A stretch of DNA of 64,000 nucleotides from Chrysomallon squamiferum (taxonomy: Eukaryota; Animalia; Mollusca), in the NCBI GenBank assembly GCA_012295275.1, contig CM022678.1, positions 13,268,001 to 13,332,000 on the forward strand, written 5' to 3'. Numbering within the stretch: position 1 is the first letter of the stretch; the number at the start of each line of letters is the position of its first letter. The position numbers were made by a program, and so were the translations under genes. This document shows, in pieces, positions 1 through 14,377 of the stretch. The notes beneath the pieces were generated by a model. That model searched no databases. It worked only from the letters and a program-made list of their open reading frames with translations, and was not told the DNA's origin.

Positions 1-1409
1 GTGAGAACTGTGCCCAATCAGGCCAGTAGATTATCTTATTTCCTGCTTTGTAACATCAGTTTTATAAAGTATCTTCACTGGATTTCCTTCATTTCTCTAT
101 TTTTTTATATTTTTAAATGGTATCTTTATTTTTTCATTGATTTTCTTGTTTGACTATTTTAATTCTGTTTCCAGGGAATTCATTAATGGCACCTCAGTTG
201 TGTTCCCAGAAAACAGATTAAATGAGATTATTCAAGACATACTTTATTATTTCTGCTGTAATTTTCTTGATTTTTAACATTAATAAATCACGACATTACC
301 ACTCCTCTGTATACCAAGAGGCTTAATTCAACCATTACAGACAGCCATAACTGATGTCTTATCATGTGTATTGGGTTGGTTCTCATACAAAATGGGTTGA
401 TGATCATAACTGAGAATAGCTCATGGAACAACAGGTACTTTTCTCTCCAGCATCATTTTAATAAAACTCAGCTAATAACATTACAGACTGAAATGAGTAA
501 TTGTGATCACACATTCTTCTATTTGATTGTTTTATTGTCTGAATGTGTTTTTCATATTATCTGAATATATATATATATATATGTAATTTTTTTTTTTTTT
601 TCTCTGGAAATTCAGAATATCTTCTCTGTACTTTTTGCTGAAGTTTAATGAAAGTATTTCTCAATTCTGTCAGTCATAGGTTATTCTTGCATATTTATAT
701 ATCCTTGTAAATTTCATAGAAACTTTTATCTGTTTAGCTTGCTGTCCTAGGAAATCAGAATAACTGCCCTGTTTGCCCAGAACTGAAAGTTAATGGCAAT
801 AACTAATTTCTGTCAAATTTGTTTTCATATTTGTATACCCTTCGTTTATTTTTTCTGAATTCAGAATATCTTCTCTGTGCTGTTTAACAGCCTGAAAATT
901 AATTAGTTATTTCATGTCTCTAGCTTCCATAGAAACATATTTTTATTATATTTTTATTTCAGTGTTTAATCTCACTGTCTGAGAGTTCTCTGTGACTCTT
1001 TGTACACTCAAAAAAAGTAGATAACCACTATTCTGTCATATTGTAGATTGTTCTGGCATCACAGGATTCATTATTCATTCTGTTTTAAATTTCCAATTTT
1101 ATTTATTTATTTATTTATTTATTTATTTTTCAAATATTTATTTAAATTTGTGTTTTCCTTTTTTTAAATGTTTGCTAAATATACTTAAATCTTTTGACAA
1201 TACTGATCGGCAATAATATTCTTGCTTTCCTGGTAAAACTTCTGTAATTCTTTTAATGAAATGTCATGTCCTAGTGAGTAGCTCAGGCCAAACTGAACTA
1301 TTTAAACTAATACCATTAACAACATCTATTGTTGTATGCATTCATGGCTCTGTATTCCTTTGTGGCCTGCCAACTTAACAAGAATGTCATCTTTATTTTA
1401 TGTTAAACA

Positions 1410-1800
1410 GTACTGTCAGTGACATTAGCACTGATCAGAAAGTGTGATCAAAAGAGGCATGTTCCCTCCACTGTCACAGTCACAGTATTTGGCATCATTA
1501 GTCCAACTCTCTACTGTCTGGTGAAGGTTGGAAAGTGACTATGACAAACACATTCCATCTTTTTACTATCACAGTTGCACTATTTTGCATTGGATATAAA
1601 GTGTGGCTATGACAAACATAAGTCAGTACTTTAATGTCAGAGTCACACTCCCAGGCAAAGGTCAGAAAGGGTGACTATGACACTCCAGCACTTTCCTGTC
1701 ACAGTCACATTGTCAAGCATTGGTCAGAAGGTATGACTGTCAAGCATGCTCCCTTTTCAGTGTCACTGACAGTGGTCAGAAAATGTACAGATGACAATTA
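1410..1800. repeat. Diverged ~60-bp tandem units, each with an internal inverted repeat
   Basis: Recurring tgtcacagtcac ... gtgactatgaca pairs. Confidence 0.7.
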
Positions 1801-3049
1801 TTATTATTATTATTATTTTTATTATTTCAAATACTTTGCTATATTGGCTGACATTTATAAAATATATTCAGTAATATTTTGTCAGTATTATTTCCTTATT
1901 AAGATATTTTTATATGCGTTTCTAAAGAATATAACCATTATTTACACTGTTATTTTATTATAAATGTTTTGTTATTTTATTATTATTATTATTATTATTA
2001 TATTTAAATAGACAATAACAAAATTAATAAAGCAAATGTAAAACTTCATTGATGTGATGTTTTTACATCTAACTTTAATAATTACAGAATAGTGAATAAT
2101 TAGTAAAGTAAATGTAAGTTTTAAGTAGGAATATTTTTTCATACATTGTTTATATAATAGTGGCATAACCAGAAAAGGTTAGCACATTATACAGTACTTT
2201 CTGTTTTGCATAATTGAAAAACAAATGACTAAATTAAAAGTAAATCATTGTAATAGAAAATAATTTCTGGATGGAAACTATCATGAAGGAAAAAAAAATA
2301 TATATATATATTTTTTTTTTTCAAAACAGTCATTCAGTGTAAGACTAATACATTCCTCAAAATATTTTTTTATAAAAACAATAACTAATAACAAACAAAA
2401 AAAAAAAAAAAAAAAAGAAAAAAAGAATCTTGTTTGATAGAAGTTATTTACAAATAAAGATGGTATTAAAATTTTATCACACAAATCAGTTTAACATCAC
2501 ATACTAAGTTCAGTTACAAGCAGATAAATGTAAATATTTCTAATTTAACATTACATTTATTTTATTAATGATTTACTGTTTAGTAATTATTAAATAAATA
2601 AATGTAAAACAAAAGTGAGAGTACCCATAAAAGTAAATCTTGATGGTAAAGGTATATTAAATTGCTAACATTTTCAATTAGTAATTAAATATAATAAAAC
2701 TAATTTTATTATTTTGAATACTAAATGAGAAATTATAATAACTTATTAGTGTGTGTGTGTGACCAATATAACATATTAAGTACTAAATCTGAATTTTGTT
2801 GAAATGAAATAATTTAGAGTTTACTGTTTCACTAATTTCTTTTAGATTTTTGTAGTATTTTTTATTATAATACGGAGTGTATTGTAATGCCATCAAAAAT
2901 TAACATAATAAATATGCTTTATAAATTGTAATTACTTTTGCTTTCTTTATTATATTTCTATATTTCCTGTATTCAAGAAAAAACCCACTGCAATGGAATA
3001 ATGCATTGTACGAGTTCTTGTGACCTCCTCTGACATCCACTAGTGACAT

Positions 3050-3242
3050 TGTGTTTGTGACAGAGACAACAGTCTCCTCTTTAATATGTAACAATTATAT
3101 AAGCTATGTGTGACAGAGACTAACAGGTTTAATAATAATAGATGTTAGATTTCATTTAAAATTATATAAGCTATGTGTGATAAAGATAGTATCTCTTGTT
3201 TAATAGATGTTAGATTTTTCTTAAGAATTATATAAGCTATGT
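3050..3242. repeat. Three diverged ~60-bp tandem units
   Basis: aattatataagctatgt at about 3093, 3160 and 3226. Confidence 0.8.
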
Positions 3243-4142
3243 TGAGTGTTGTTTTGGGTGACGCTGTGGTGTCTGCTAACCCATCCTGCTAAGTAGTATG
3301 TTATTTTGATATACTTGCATGTTCAACTATTTTACCTTGTGGGATAAACACATTTAATATCCCTGTATGTTCATTTATGTGGTGAGAGTAATTTCGTGGC
3401 GTGAAACTGTTTGTAATCGGCAAAGTAAGCATTGTAAGCTTATTTGGTAAATAACTGTTATTAAATCTAAACTCATACTGTGTTTCCAGTGATTTAACAC
3501 TGGTTAACTATAAATACATATGTGACCTTGCTCCCTGAATTCTGTTAGAGCTGAGCCAAATCGGGCATCTGATACAGGGAGGTCTGCATGTATGGTTAGT
3601 GCTATTTTGAGGGAAGAGTTTTACACACGTTGTGGGGTTCTAATTTGGTCACGTGACGACTGTTAATTATGGGTCACATGCAACTGTCTGACAGTGTTAC
3701 ATACCAGTGAGTCTGGTAACTCTACTAATGGACTCTTCCGTGCAAATAAATTGTGGAATGTTTAAACAAAAAGTTTAATTTCCTCACACAGAGTAATAAG
3801 TATGACCTATACATCTAACTCAACTGTTATTCAGATCTTGCTAGCTGGTGGCTCAGTAGCACCTACAGGACAAAACCTTTCACCAAAGAGAAAGTGGAGA
3901 ATACCCAGACACATCCAGTTGTGGTCATCAGTTACAATCAACAGTTTCAAAATGATCTGGATAATAGTCATAAAGAATTGTATTATAGTAAGAAGGATCT
4001 GGATGATAGACAGAAGGACCTGGATGATAACAAGAAAATAGATGGTAATAAGAAGGTACATGATGATAAACAGAATTGAACAGGACCTTGATGATAGTAA
4101 GAACAAACTAGATGATAGAAGGAATTACATGACAATAATAGG

Positions 4143-4865
4143 AATGAACAGGATGATAATAAGAAGGAACTGGATGAAACAGAATGAACAGGATGATAAT
4201 AAGAAGGAATTGGATGAAACAGAGAATGGACAGGATGATAATAAGAAATTGGATGAAACACAATGAACAGGATGATAATAAGAAGGAACTGGATGAAACA
4301 GAGAATGAACAGGATGATAATAAGAAGGAATTGGATGAAACAGAGAATGAACAGGATGATAATAAGAAGGAATTGGATGATACAGAGAATGAACAGGATG
4401 ATAATAAGAAGGAACTGGATGAAACAGAATGAACAGGATGATAATAAGAAGGAATTGGATGAAACAGAGAATGAACAGGATGATAATAAGAAGGAATTGG
4501 ATGAAACAGAATGAACAGGATGATAATAAGAAGGAACTGGATGAAACACAATGAACAGGATGATAATAAGAAGGAATTGGAAGAGAACAGAATGAACAGG
4601 ATGATAATAAGAAGGAACTGGATGAAACAGAGAATGAACAGGATGATAATAAGAAGGAACTGGATGAAACAGAGAATGAACAGGATGATAATAAGAAGGA
4701 ACTGGATGAAACAGAGAATGAACAGGATGATAATAAGAAGGAACTGGATGAAACAGAGAATGAACAGGATGATAGTGAGGAGGAACTGGATGAAACAGAA
4801 AATGAACAGGATGATAGTGAGGAGGAACTGGATCAAACAGAGAATGAACAGGATGATAGTGAGGA
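4143..4865 (+). repeat. 42-bp coding-type tandem repeat (ENEQDDNKKELDET), about 17 units, with 40-bp variants
   Basis: Unit gagaatgaacaggatgataataagaaggaactggatgaaaca directly visible. Confidence 0.95.
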
Positions 4866-5207
4866 GGAGGAGCTTTATGAAATGGAGGAGGAACTGGAGG
4901 AGATGGTAACAAAGATTATAACTAGACGAGAGTATCTTCAAAACATTCGTGAAATACACGAAGTTGTCTTATCAATAAAGAAAGTGTCTGCTGAAAAAAT
5001 TACTGCAAAGGAGATGCTGAACAAATTAAAAGGTGTGTAATCATTTCATATTTCAAACAATTTCTACATATTTTTATGCTAAATGAGTTTGTGCTAGTAT
5101 TTGTTATGATATATGATTATTGAATGAAATGAAATCTCAGTGACATTTCTTATACTACATTAACTTGTCAAAGAATGATGGGATACCTGCTGTAGAAAAG
5201 AATATTA

Positions 5208-5208
<1 letters not shown>

Positions 5209-5252
<44 letters not shown>
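5209..5252. repeat. (CA)n microsatellite
   Basis: Directly visible. Confidence 0.95.
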
Positions 5253-5255
<3 letters not shown>

Positions 5256-8164
5256 GTATTATCACTTATTATCATTAATTTCTATTTATTTCTTCTTCTT
5301 CGTCTACTTATGTATTATTAATCTTATTAGCCATTTTTATTTATGATTATTATTATTGAATGAAAGTTCAAAATATAAATGAATTATTATTATTATTATT
5401 ATACATCACAGGTATAAAGAAAAAGCTTGAAGACTGTTTCTTGCTTAGACCTGATGATGAAGCTGGGCTGAACACTTACACCCACCTCGTTGATGTGGCT
5501 CTACTGTATGGAAATGATGAACATGTTGGACCTGACCTCAGCCAGTCAGATGGTGCAGCTAAATCAAATGTAAAGATAATTCCTCTCTCAGCTGATGGAA
5601 CTGAAAAGAATGTTGCTACACAGAAAGATGAACCAGCTGTTCATGTTTTCCATCAGCACAACAGAGAAAGTTCTCAGTCAGATGAGGAATCTGATGCTGA
5701 ATGGCAAATGAAAACCTCAGAAATAATTAAAGATTGTGATGAATTCAGTGACAACGAAGAAATAAAACATCTTGGATCATGTATCAGCAAAACAGTAGCC
5801 AGGAATAAAAAGGTTATGTGATACCTGAATTTTGTGTTTGTTGTTTATTTTAGTTATTTATTTACTAGAGTAGTAGTTGCTAAACAAAGGCAGTACATGT
5901 ATAAATATTTCTTCTTTACTTTTGTGACAGAGGAACATGCAGTGAATTTATAAATATTTCTTCTTTACTTTTCTGACAGGAACATGCAGTGCGTTGTTTT
6001 CTCTTGATGAACAACATCAGACCACTTCTTACTCTAGCCAGTAACTTAAACACTGTTATATACTATTCTATCTGTGGGAAGGTAAATATTAACATCCCTT
6101 ATTGCTAATGATACAGATGAAGCCTCCACAGCTAATTCTAGTATCTGACTCAGAATAATAAAAATAATAATAATAAAAATAATAATAATAATAATTTTGC
6201 AAAATGAACACTCAATAAATAATAGTTCTTTAAAAATTAATTTTATCTCAAAATAAACTTGTGTCAATAAACAAAAGGTTTGAATATCTTTTATAGTTTG
6301 TTATCTATTTACCTTGCCTTTATTTGTTTATAAATGTTTCAGTTTTACTCAAATTCACACCAAAGACTGAGTCATCCCAATATCTTAACTGATACATTAA
6401 ATTGAAAAATCTCTTTAATTATCATACAATGAAAACATAGTAAAAATAAATAAATAAATAAATACTGAAGAAATAATTAATTAAGCATAATTTCCAAAAA
6501 ATATTTTTAGTACCATCCCAAACTAAAATTTGTCCCAAGGCAAAACTATCCTATTTCGATGCTGATACATCATTATTAAAATCTGAATATCCAGTGTAAT
6601 ACATGCCCACCATTCTGAAATGCATGTCACTTTCAAATATGTGTTCTTATTCTCATATAAAAATTCACTGATCTCTGATATAGCCCAGTTTTAAATTGAT
6701 ACACACATTTTCAAACTGCTCTGTGTCACTGTAGAAATGTCACAAACTGAGATCAGTTACTCTCTCTAACACTAAGAATAAATTGAATAATAAAAACACT
6801 AACAAATGTCTCATTTAATGATTTAATACATTTACTTCTAAAATGACAAACAGGCTCTTTACACATCATAAAGGCACTAAAAGTATAAAAATCATGGAAA
6901 TACATTAACTCAGTCTTTTACGACTTTTATCATAACCATTTTAATGGTTTTAAATATACGTCTTGAGTTTTGTTCAGACAGAAATAAAATACTTTTAAAA
7001 ATTAAAAGTCCTTTAAAGAGAATTACAGTATGATCATTACTAAAGTATCTCAATATTTTTATAATAAATATCAATATTATTTAGTTTTTTTCCATACTGA
7101 AATTCCAACCATTTTAAATTAGACTATTAATACAGAAACATAAAAATTCACATTCATGTCTATTACATTTAGAAATCTTTAACCCATTGTGAAATTGAAA
7201 TATCCTATTTTATAACTGCTACACCCTATTTAGAAATAATGATATACAATTTTCCAGTTGTATCACAAAGTCAAATATGCTTTTAAACATCTTGTTTCTT
7301 TTCCATCATACGCTTTACTTTAATTCTGAATTAACTTGTCTAATAATTTAAAAAAATGCTATATACCTCACTGGATATGTAAGTTTATTAATGCAAACAA
7401 CTAGTACAATATATAAAATATTTGCATCAGGAAAATGTCAAGTATTTGTCATTGTTGTTTGCCATGTTTATTTTTTGTTGTATATTGTTAAGGAATGTTT
7501 TATTTATGTGTATGCACAGTTGCAGTTTTTAACCTCAGTCCTATTGATAACGTTGATATGTTAATGCCCATTTATAATTTTAATTCCGATATTGATAATA
7601 TTGGTGCAGATATAAAAAAAAAAAAAGATATTTCATTATGATACAAATAAAACAAATATGTTTTCTATATTTTAGATATGAATACAGAGTTGCACCAGAG
7701 TTGCATATACAGAATAATAATAATAATAATCTTCATCATCATACTTATCATCTGTCATGATCATCAAGACAGCAATATTAAAATATGTGCTAACATAGAG
7801 TTTGGGTGTGCAGGGGTTTTTCCTGTTCATACACAATTCATATAAAGTTCAAACAGAAAATCACACTGAAAGCTATTACTGACATGGATAAAAATTATTC
7901 TAATTCTTCCTTTTTAAAAAGAAAACCCACAAAAAGCATAATATTTGTCTATTTAATGACAGAAAGATTATAAAAATATATAAAAATGTTATGCTATTTG
8001 GCAAACAACAAATTACAGTTATCAAATATACACCTTTAAACAGCTTGTCTTTGTTTTCAGTTTTAATATTTTTGTTAAGATGAAGTGGTGAAAAGTAACA
8101 CAAGCAAACACACTAAATGTACAGCAATGTACCCAAGTGTTTTGTAGAGGCAAGGCTGCAGTTA

Positions 8165-8245
8165 TCAAACACTCTCTGTTGGCACGGTAACAAATTTGCT
8201 TCCATTCCATTCAGTTTTGAATTGTTCAGGAAGAGAAAATTCTTT
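8165..8245 (-). CDS. CAP: CAP last coding exon
   Basis: [26 protein letters not shown] then TGA TAA; ttttag acceptor. Confidence 0.95.
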   Translation of the reverse strand, partial: KEFSLPEQFKTEWNGSKFVTVPTESV

Positions 8246-11200
8246 CTAAAAAACAGAACAAAAAAACAAAAAATAACAATAATATTAAAATATTTTTCTA
8301 ATAAATAGATGTAAGAATATGATGTTTTCTGATATTACAAGAAAAGAAACCCAAAGAAAATATAAATATCCTTTTTTTCATTTTTGTTATGTTATTTAGT
8401 GTTTATTTATTTATTTATTTATTAAAATAACTATTAGAAGTACAACAAAGTGTAATGTTAAATATTTTTATACATCACAGAAGAATCATTTCAACAAACT
8501 GACTGAAAAGTTTTAACACTAATTTTAAGAAAAACAGCAGCACAGGAAACTTTATTAATATTCAATTAGCAGCAATCAATATTTTTATACTTTTCCACAG
8601 AAAGCAAATAAACACCATCCAATTGTTAAACCACTCATGGTCAGTGATTCAAGCTCAAAAGCTGCACTAAAAAAGATTGATCATAAAGTTAATATTCTTT
8701 ATAGATTGAGAACTTGGCAAATTTTAGTGAGGCTCTAAGACTGGTTGCAAAATGTTTCAGAAGTTAAAATAAATAAATATTAAGTATGCAAGTTACTGAG
8801 GACTTACGTAATCTCCATCTGGCCCTGGAATCAGTATATTCATCTCGGAAGACTTGGCTGTGATGATGGACGTGTCGAGAGACTCGTCACTCAGGTAAAT
8901 CATACATCCGTCCGTCTTGTCAATACTCACTGTCGGCATCTTCTTTGTCACCTGCAAACACAGAACAGATCAATGAATGATAGATGAATGAATTAATAAA
9001 TAAATGTTTAACCATTCCTCAGCACAAAGTCATCTTTCGTAATGGATAAGCTTTGTTCTTTATGAAGCTAATGAGGTTTTTGAAGAATATTTTTTTATTG
9101 ATGATAACTATAATGATGATGATGATCATCATAAGGACTTTTAAGTAAATATTAATTCCCATTAAGAATACAAATAATCCCATTAAGGAATTATTCCACA
9201 TACAGACAGAGTATTACTTAATACTGGATGAAATGAAATATTTAAAGAACAAGTCTTTGATTTAGAAATTACTCTAAGTGCAATCAGATACAAAAATTCA
9301 ACAAAACACAGTAACAGTAATTAATTAATAAATTGATAAATTAATAAAATACCTGAGCCTTCACACTCTGACAGTTGACAAACTCCAATGATGAAACCAA
9401 ATCATCAAACACTACACTTGTTTTCTTACATGAATCTGAAAAACAAAAATAACTTTTCATTACAAATAACAACAACAATAATAAAATGTATATATAAAAA
9501 TTAACTATTTTAAAATAATTTATTATGATACTGAAATTTATAGCATACCTGAAAGAAAAACTACATTTCTGATTATAGTTTTTTTTCTTCATACCAAATG
9601 TTTTCAGTTAAGTATAAGAATTAAATATGAGCTGCAGTTTGTATTGGTTTTATAATCTATATATATATATATACTCTCCCAAAAAAGATAAGCAAAATGG
9701 TTGATTTGTTAGATAACTATTGTAAACTGACACATATCAATTTATGACTATAATGATATTTGGTGATTCAAACATATAGCTTTTGTTACAGTCGCCAAAA
9801 AGCAGGTAACACAAAATAAAGGCTATGATCGTGTTTGTTAACCACCACGGCAACCTCTACTGCTTCAGCAATACCAGGTCTGCGTAGAATATCAGCTCAG
9901 ACAGTGTGCAATCGTTTACGCGAGGCAGGTATTCGAGCCAGACAGCCTGTAAGAAGAGTGGTTTTGACTCAACAACATCGTCCACTACGACGTCAGTGGT
10001 GTCTAGTGCACAGAGTCTGGCCTCAATTATGATGGAGAACTGTCTGGTTTAGTGATGAGGTTTGATTTCTGCTTCGTCGAGCTGATGGAAGATGTCGAGT
10101 TTACAGACATCGTAGTGAACGTTTTGCTACAAACTGCAAACAGGAAGTGGACAGATTTGGCGGTGGTAGTGTGAGGGTGTGGGCAGCAATCTCATACACT
10201 GGCAGGACCAACCTGGTTCACATCCAAGGCAACTTAACGGCACAGAGATACCAAGATGAAATTTTGCAGCCACATGTTGCTCCAATTATGAATATTAGTA
10301 ATGCTGTATTCCAGCAGTTCTGGACTCCCATGGTGGGCACACAATTGATATTAGACCACATACAGCCAGACTCACAACAGCGTACCTACACAACAATAAC
10401 ATTCAGGTCCTGGCCCTCTAAATCTCCAGATTTGAACCCTTCAGAGCATTTGTGGGATGAGTTGGATAGACGACTGAGGCAGCATCAGCCACAGCCACAG
10501 AATCATGCTCTGTTGACATTATTACTACAGTCAGAGAAAATATTGTCATTACCTTTGCTATGACCATGAAATTGACCGTGGGAAGATGTCAGGCAGTTCT
10601 GGACTAAAACCCATGGTGTAATATTTTTGGGCACAATATAGATTTAAAAATGTATTGATATTATACTGTTATAACATTGAACTTTAACCTTTTCAGTGTA
10701 ATACCATCAATCATTAATGAATTGAGATTTTAAAAATGCATGTGGATGAAAATGTTAACATTCTGCTGAAGGATTTCAAATGTTGATCCATTAGATAGAT
10801 ATTCCCAATGTCAATGACAAAAAGCTTTTCTGGACACAATGTTTTGATATATAAACAATTTTTTATTTACCTATTTTCATGTCATGTGGCCTTGCCATTA
10901 GTTTTGGTTTCAGTCAAGGTTTGGTGCTGTGGGATCCCAGTCAACAATATATAAAAATATAGACGGTCGGGTTTAAACCATTGGGTGATTTGACACGGAA
11001 AATTTAAAAATTTAAAAATAATATGAAATCCACAACTTAATAGATTTAATAACATTGTTGCATTCATCTATCGAGTACAAAAATTATTTTAAACATAACA
11101 AAATTATTAAAACTGATTTTTAAAAGTTATAAAAAGTTACCCAAAATAATGGAGTTGACCTTGCCCTTGATTTGCACTGTAGAATCAGCACACTTGAACA

Positions 11201-12513
11201 CATACACTGTCTGTTTGATCTCTGTGTCTGCAATAATGATGTTTTTGTTGCCGTTGTGGTATTGCTATCAGAAACAAATAAATATTGTTAAAAAAATGAA
11301 TGACACTAGAGTGTTAATGACAAACAAGTGTAACAAAATATCAAAATAATTCATTAAAAACAACAGCAACAAGAATCAGTTGTGTAAGTAAATAAATAAA
11401 TAATCAAAATAATGATAATGAAAAACCCAGTGATAATAAAAAATAATTAAAAAAAATAAAAATAAAAAAAGTTAATATTATCACTGTCAATAGTAACTAA
11501 AATAAATAAATTAGAAAATAAATTAGCAAATAAAACAAAATATAAATGATAATTAAATAAATAAATGTAAAAAAATAAAGTTTGCAAATTCTTTTTAACA
11601 GCTGTAACAGCTGCAATAATAATTATTAAAACACCATCTAAAAACATCCTAAAAATAAAATATAATAATCTTATGACTAAAGTGTAGATGTAACACTAAT
11701 AATACAAACTGACACTAACCACTACCCATTTCTTGTTCTGCAGCTCGGTAAGAGGGGGGTGACTCTGTACAGGGGTAGGTTTAGCTGAAGGCTTTGGGGC
11801 CAACTTAGGGCCAGTCCCCACTGCTGATTTAAAGGGTGCAGGACCCTGCCTCAGGGTTGGGTTTTTATGTGTCTTCATATCATCAGTAACTTTCTTCAAA
11901 CCTGTCAAATATAAAATGATGCCATAAATTTTAACTGTTACTATTTACTTCATTTAAAAAAAAAAGTTCAAAAATATTTTATATATATACAGGTACTGAA
12001 CCATTTACAACAGCATGCCTGGGACATGGAGATGATCTGGATTTCTCGACAGTCTAAATCTTTACTTAAAATAGAAAATAAAAAGAATGTAACTGTATTT
12101 AGCAGATACAGTTTATTACAGTTCAAAACCGAAGTCTTTATGAATTCACTTAAAATTCTTATATGCTTTGCCCTAGTATGTGGCATTTTGTCCTAGTCCT
12201 TTAGTTATAATAATAAATAAAAATGACAGTAAACTGAATCAAATAATACACAGCAACACCCTCACTTAAACTGGAATCATGGAACTAAAATAAAGTGGAC
12301 AAATGATTCAGTACCTGTACTTCTAAAAATGTAAACAAATCTAAATATTTTAAATGATTAAACTGAGCATTAAAAAACATGATTAATTGACATCATCAAC
12401 AATCAATAGTTTTCTTTTTAATTTATAATCTTAAATAACTGGCATATAGCAACACTTCCAAGTGTCAATATTGATTAAAAGATAAGAATAATATTTCTAA
12501 TCTGAGCAGTCAC

Positions 12514-12599
<86 letters not shown>

Positions 12600-13022
12600 T
12601 AAAATAAAAGAAGCTACATACAAATTTACATGGACAAATATTAAAAATGAAAGTATCCAGTATTAAAAATGCTGTACCACATCAGAAACTCATACCATTA
12701 ACCCCAAAGTAAAACTGAGCTATCATCCTGGACAACCTGTTGGTATTTGTGTTGATGATCAAACAACTTTCTCTACCTACTTCTAGATATCTACACTCTT
12801 CAGTCAACACAAAAAACACAAACATCACACACACACGGCTGAGGGCAACAATTTTAAGAAGATCAATGGGTTTTTTATCTTCTTAAACTGGATTAAAAAC
12901 TTCATTCTGTAAACATTTTAAAAACTGTCTTTACTGTGAATTTTTTACTTTATTAATTTATCTAAGTACTTATTTCATCTTCCAAAAATACAAGCACACA
13001 TGTTCAGACACACAGACACAAA

Positions 13023-13062
<40 letters not shown>

Positions 13063-13641
13063 GACTCACATGCATCAAACATTCTGTTATCAAATACAGT
13101 AATTCTAAATTATATAAACTCAGTTCATATATGTAATTTATATAATTATTATAAAATATAATCTCTTTTCAGAAACCTGACAATATAACAACTTACGTAT
13201 TAAAGGTCAGAATTAAACACATTAAAATGACACACACACACATTCAAGTCATGTTTAAAACAATGTCTCATCTGAATTCAAGTGGTCATATTACTGAATT
13301 CAGTAACATTCTGTAAACATTTTAAAACAGGATATTTTAACAACAAATCAGTTTGACATATACATGCATACATATGTCATCACACACACACACACACTTG
13401 CATACCCAGACAGATAGATAAATGAAGGCAGAAAGTAAGAAAATTACTGATACCTGTTTACAAAATACATGAGCAAACAGATATCACACATCTAAATAAA
13501 ATGTGTTTAATTTATAAATACATACAATTTAAATTAAAATATACAGTCATGACAATAATAAACAAATAAATAAATAAATAAATACATAAAGTGGATTAAT
13601 AACATGAATTCCTAATTTACATTAACATATAATAAAATACT

Positions 13642-13674
<33 letters not shown>

Positions 13675-14277
13675 TTTTTTCAAAAACTATTTTCTTCTCA
13701 ACATTTATTTACACTGAAAAATAAAAAATAAAACGTGACACTTGCTATAAACCTATCATGCAATGTGGAGAATATAAATATTTCAATTTTCAATACATGG
13801 TAACAACTTTCCAGTAAATAATTATCTAAGCAGAACACTAGTTCAAAACTAATAAAAATAATAATGTAGTATAAAACATGTGGAAATTGCTGAAAAATGT
13901 AAATAATAAAAATAATAATGGTGTACTATAAAACATGTGGAAATTGCTGAAAAATGTAAATAATAAAAATAATAATGTAGTATAAAACATGTGGAAATTG
14001 CTGAAAAATGTAAATAATAAAAATAATAATGGTGTACTATAAAAGGTGAAAATTGCTGAAAATAAATATAAATAAAAAATAAAATAACACAGGTGAAGGG
14101 TTTAGTTTTGAAGGGGAGGTGTATATATGATGCTGTGTATCAGACACACAGTTGCTAAGCTGATGTTATTGTTGTTGTCATGATGGTAATGATGGTGTTC
14201 TTGATGAATATATTTTTACTGATAACGATGATCAAGATTACTGTTATTATAATTTGTACTGTTGTTATTATTACTGG

Positions 14278-14308
<31 letters not shown>

Positions 14309-14336
14309 AATGAATATTATTATTATTATTATTACT

Positions 14337-14377
<41 letters not shown>

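Larger units (their letters stand above)
3792..6105 (+). pseudogene. Disrupted spliced gene encoding an acidic repeat protein (unknown family)
   Basis: Exon ~3792-5032 (donor G|GTGTGT), exon 5412-5812 (cacag acceptor, phase matches, 133 open codons), duplicated acceptors at 5930 and 5979. In-frame stops and repeated 2-bp deletions in the 42-bp repeat break the frame. Confidence 0.5.

Noticed and set aside
175-277. Possible last exon of an upstream plus-strand gene (tttccag then EFINGTSVVFPENRLNEIIQ...)
   Set aside because: Short, no recognisable homology and the upstream context is outside the window.
4143-4865. Possible CRISPR-like repeat array
   Set aside because: Units are head-to-tail with no unique spacers, the context is eukaryotic and there are no cas genes.
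3983-4959. Long minus-strand ORFs (309 and 283 aa)
   Set aside because: Antisense read-through of the tandem repeat; splice signals and composition favour the plus strand.
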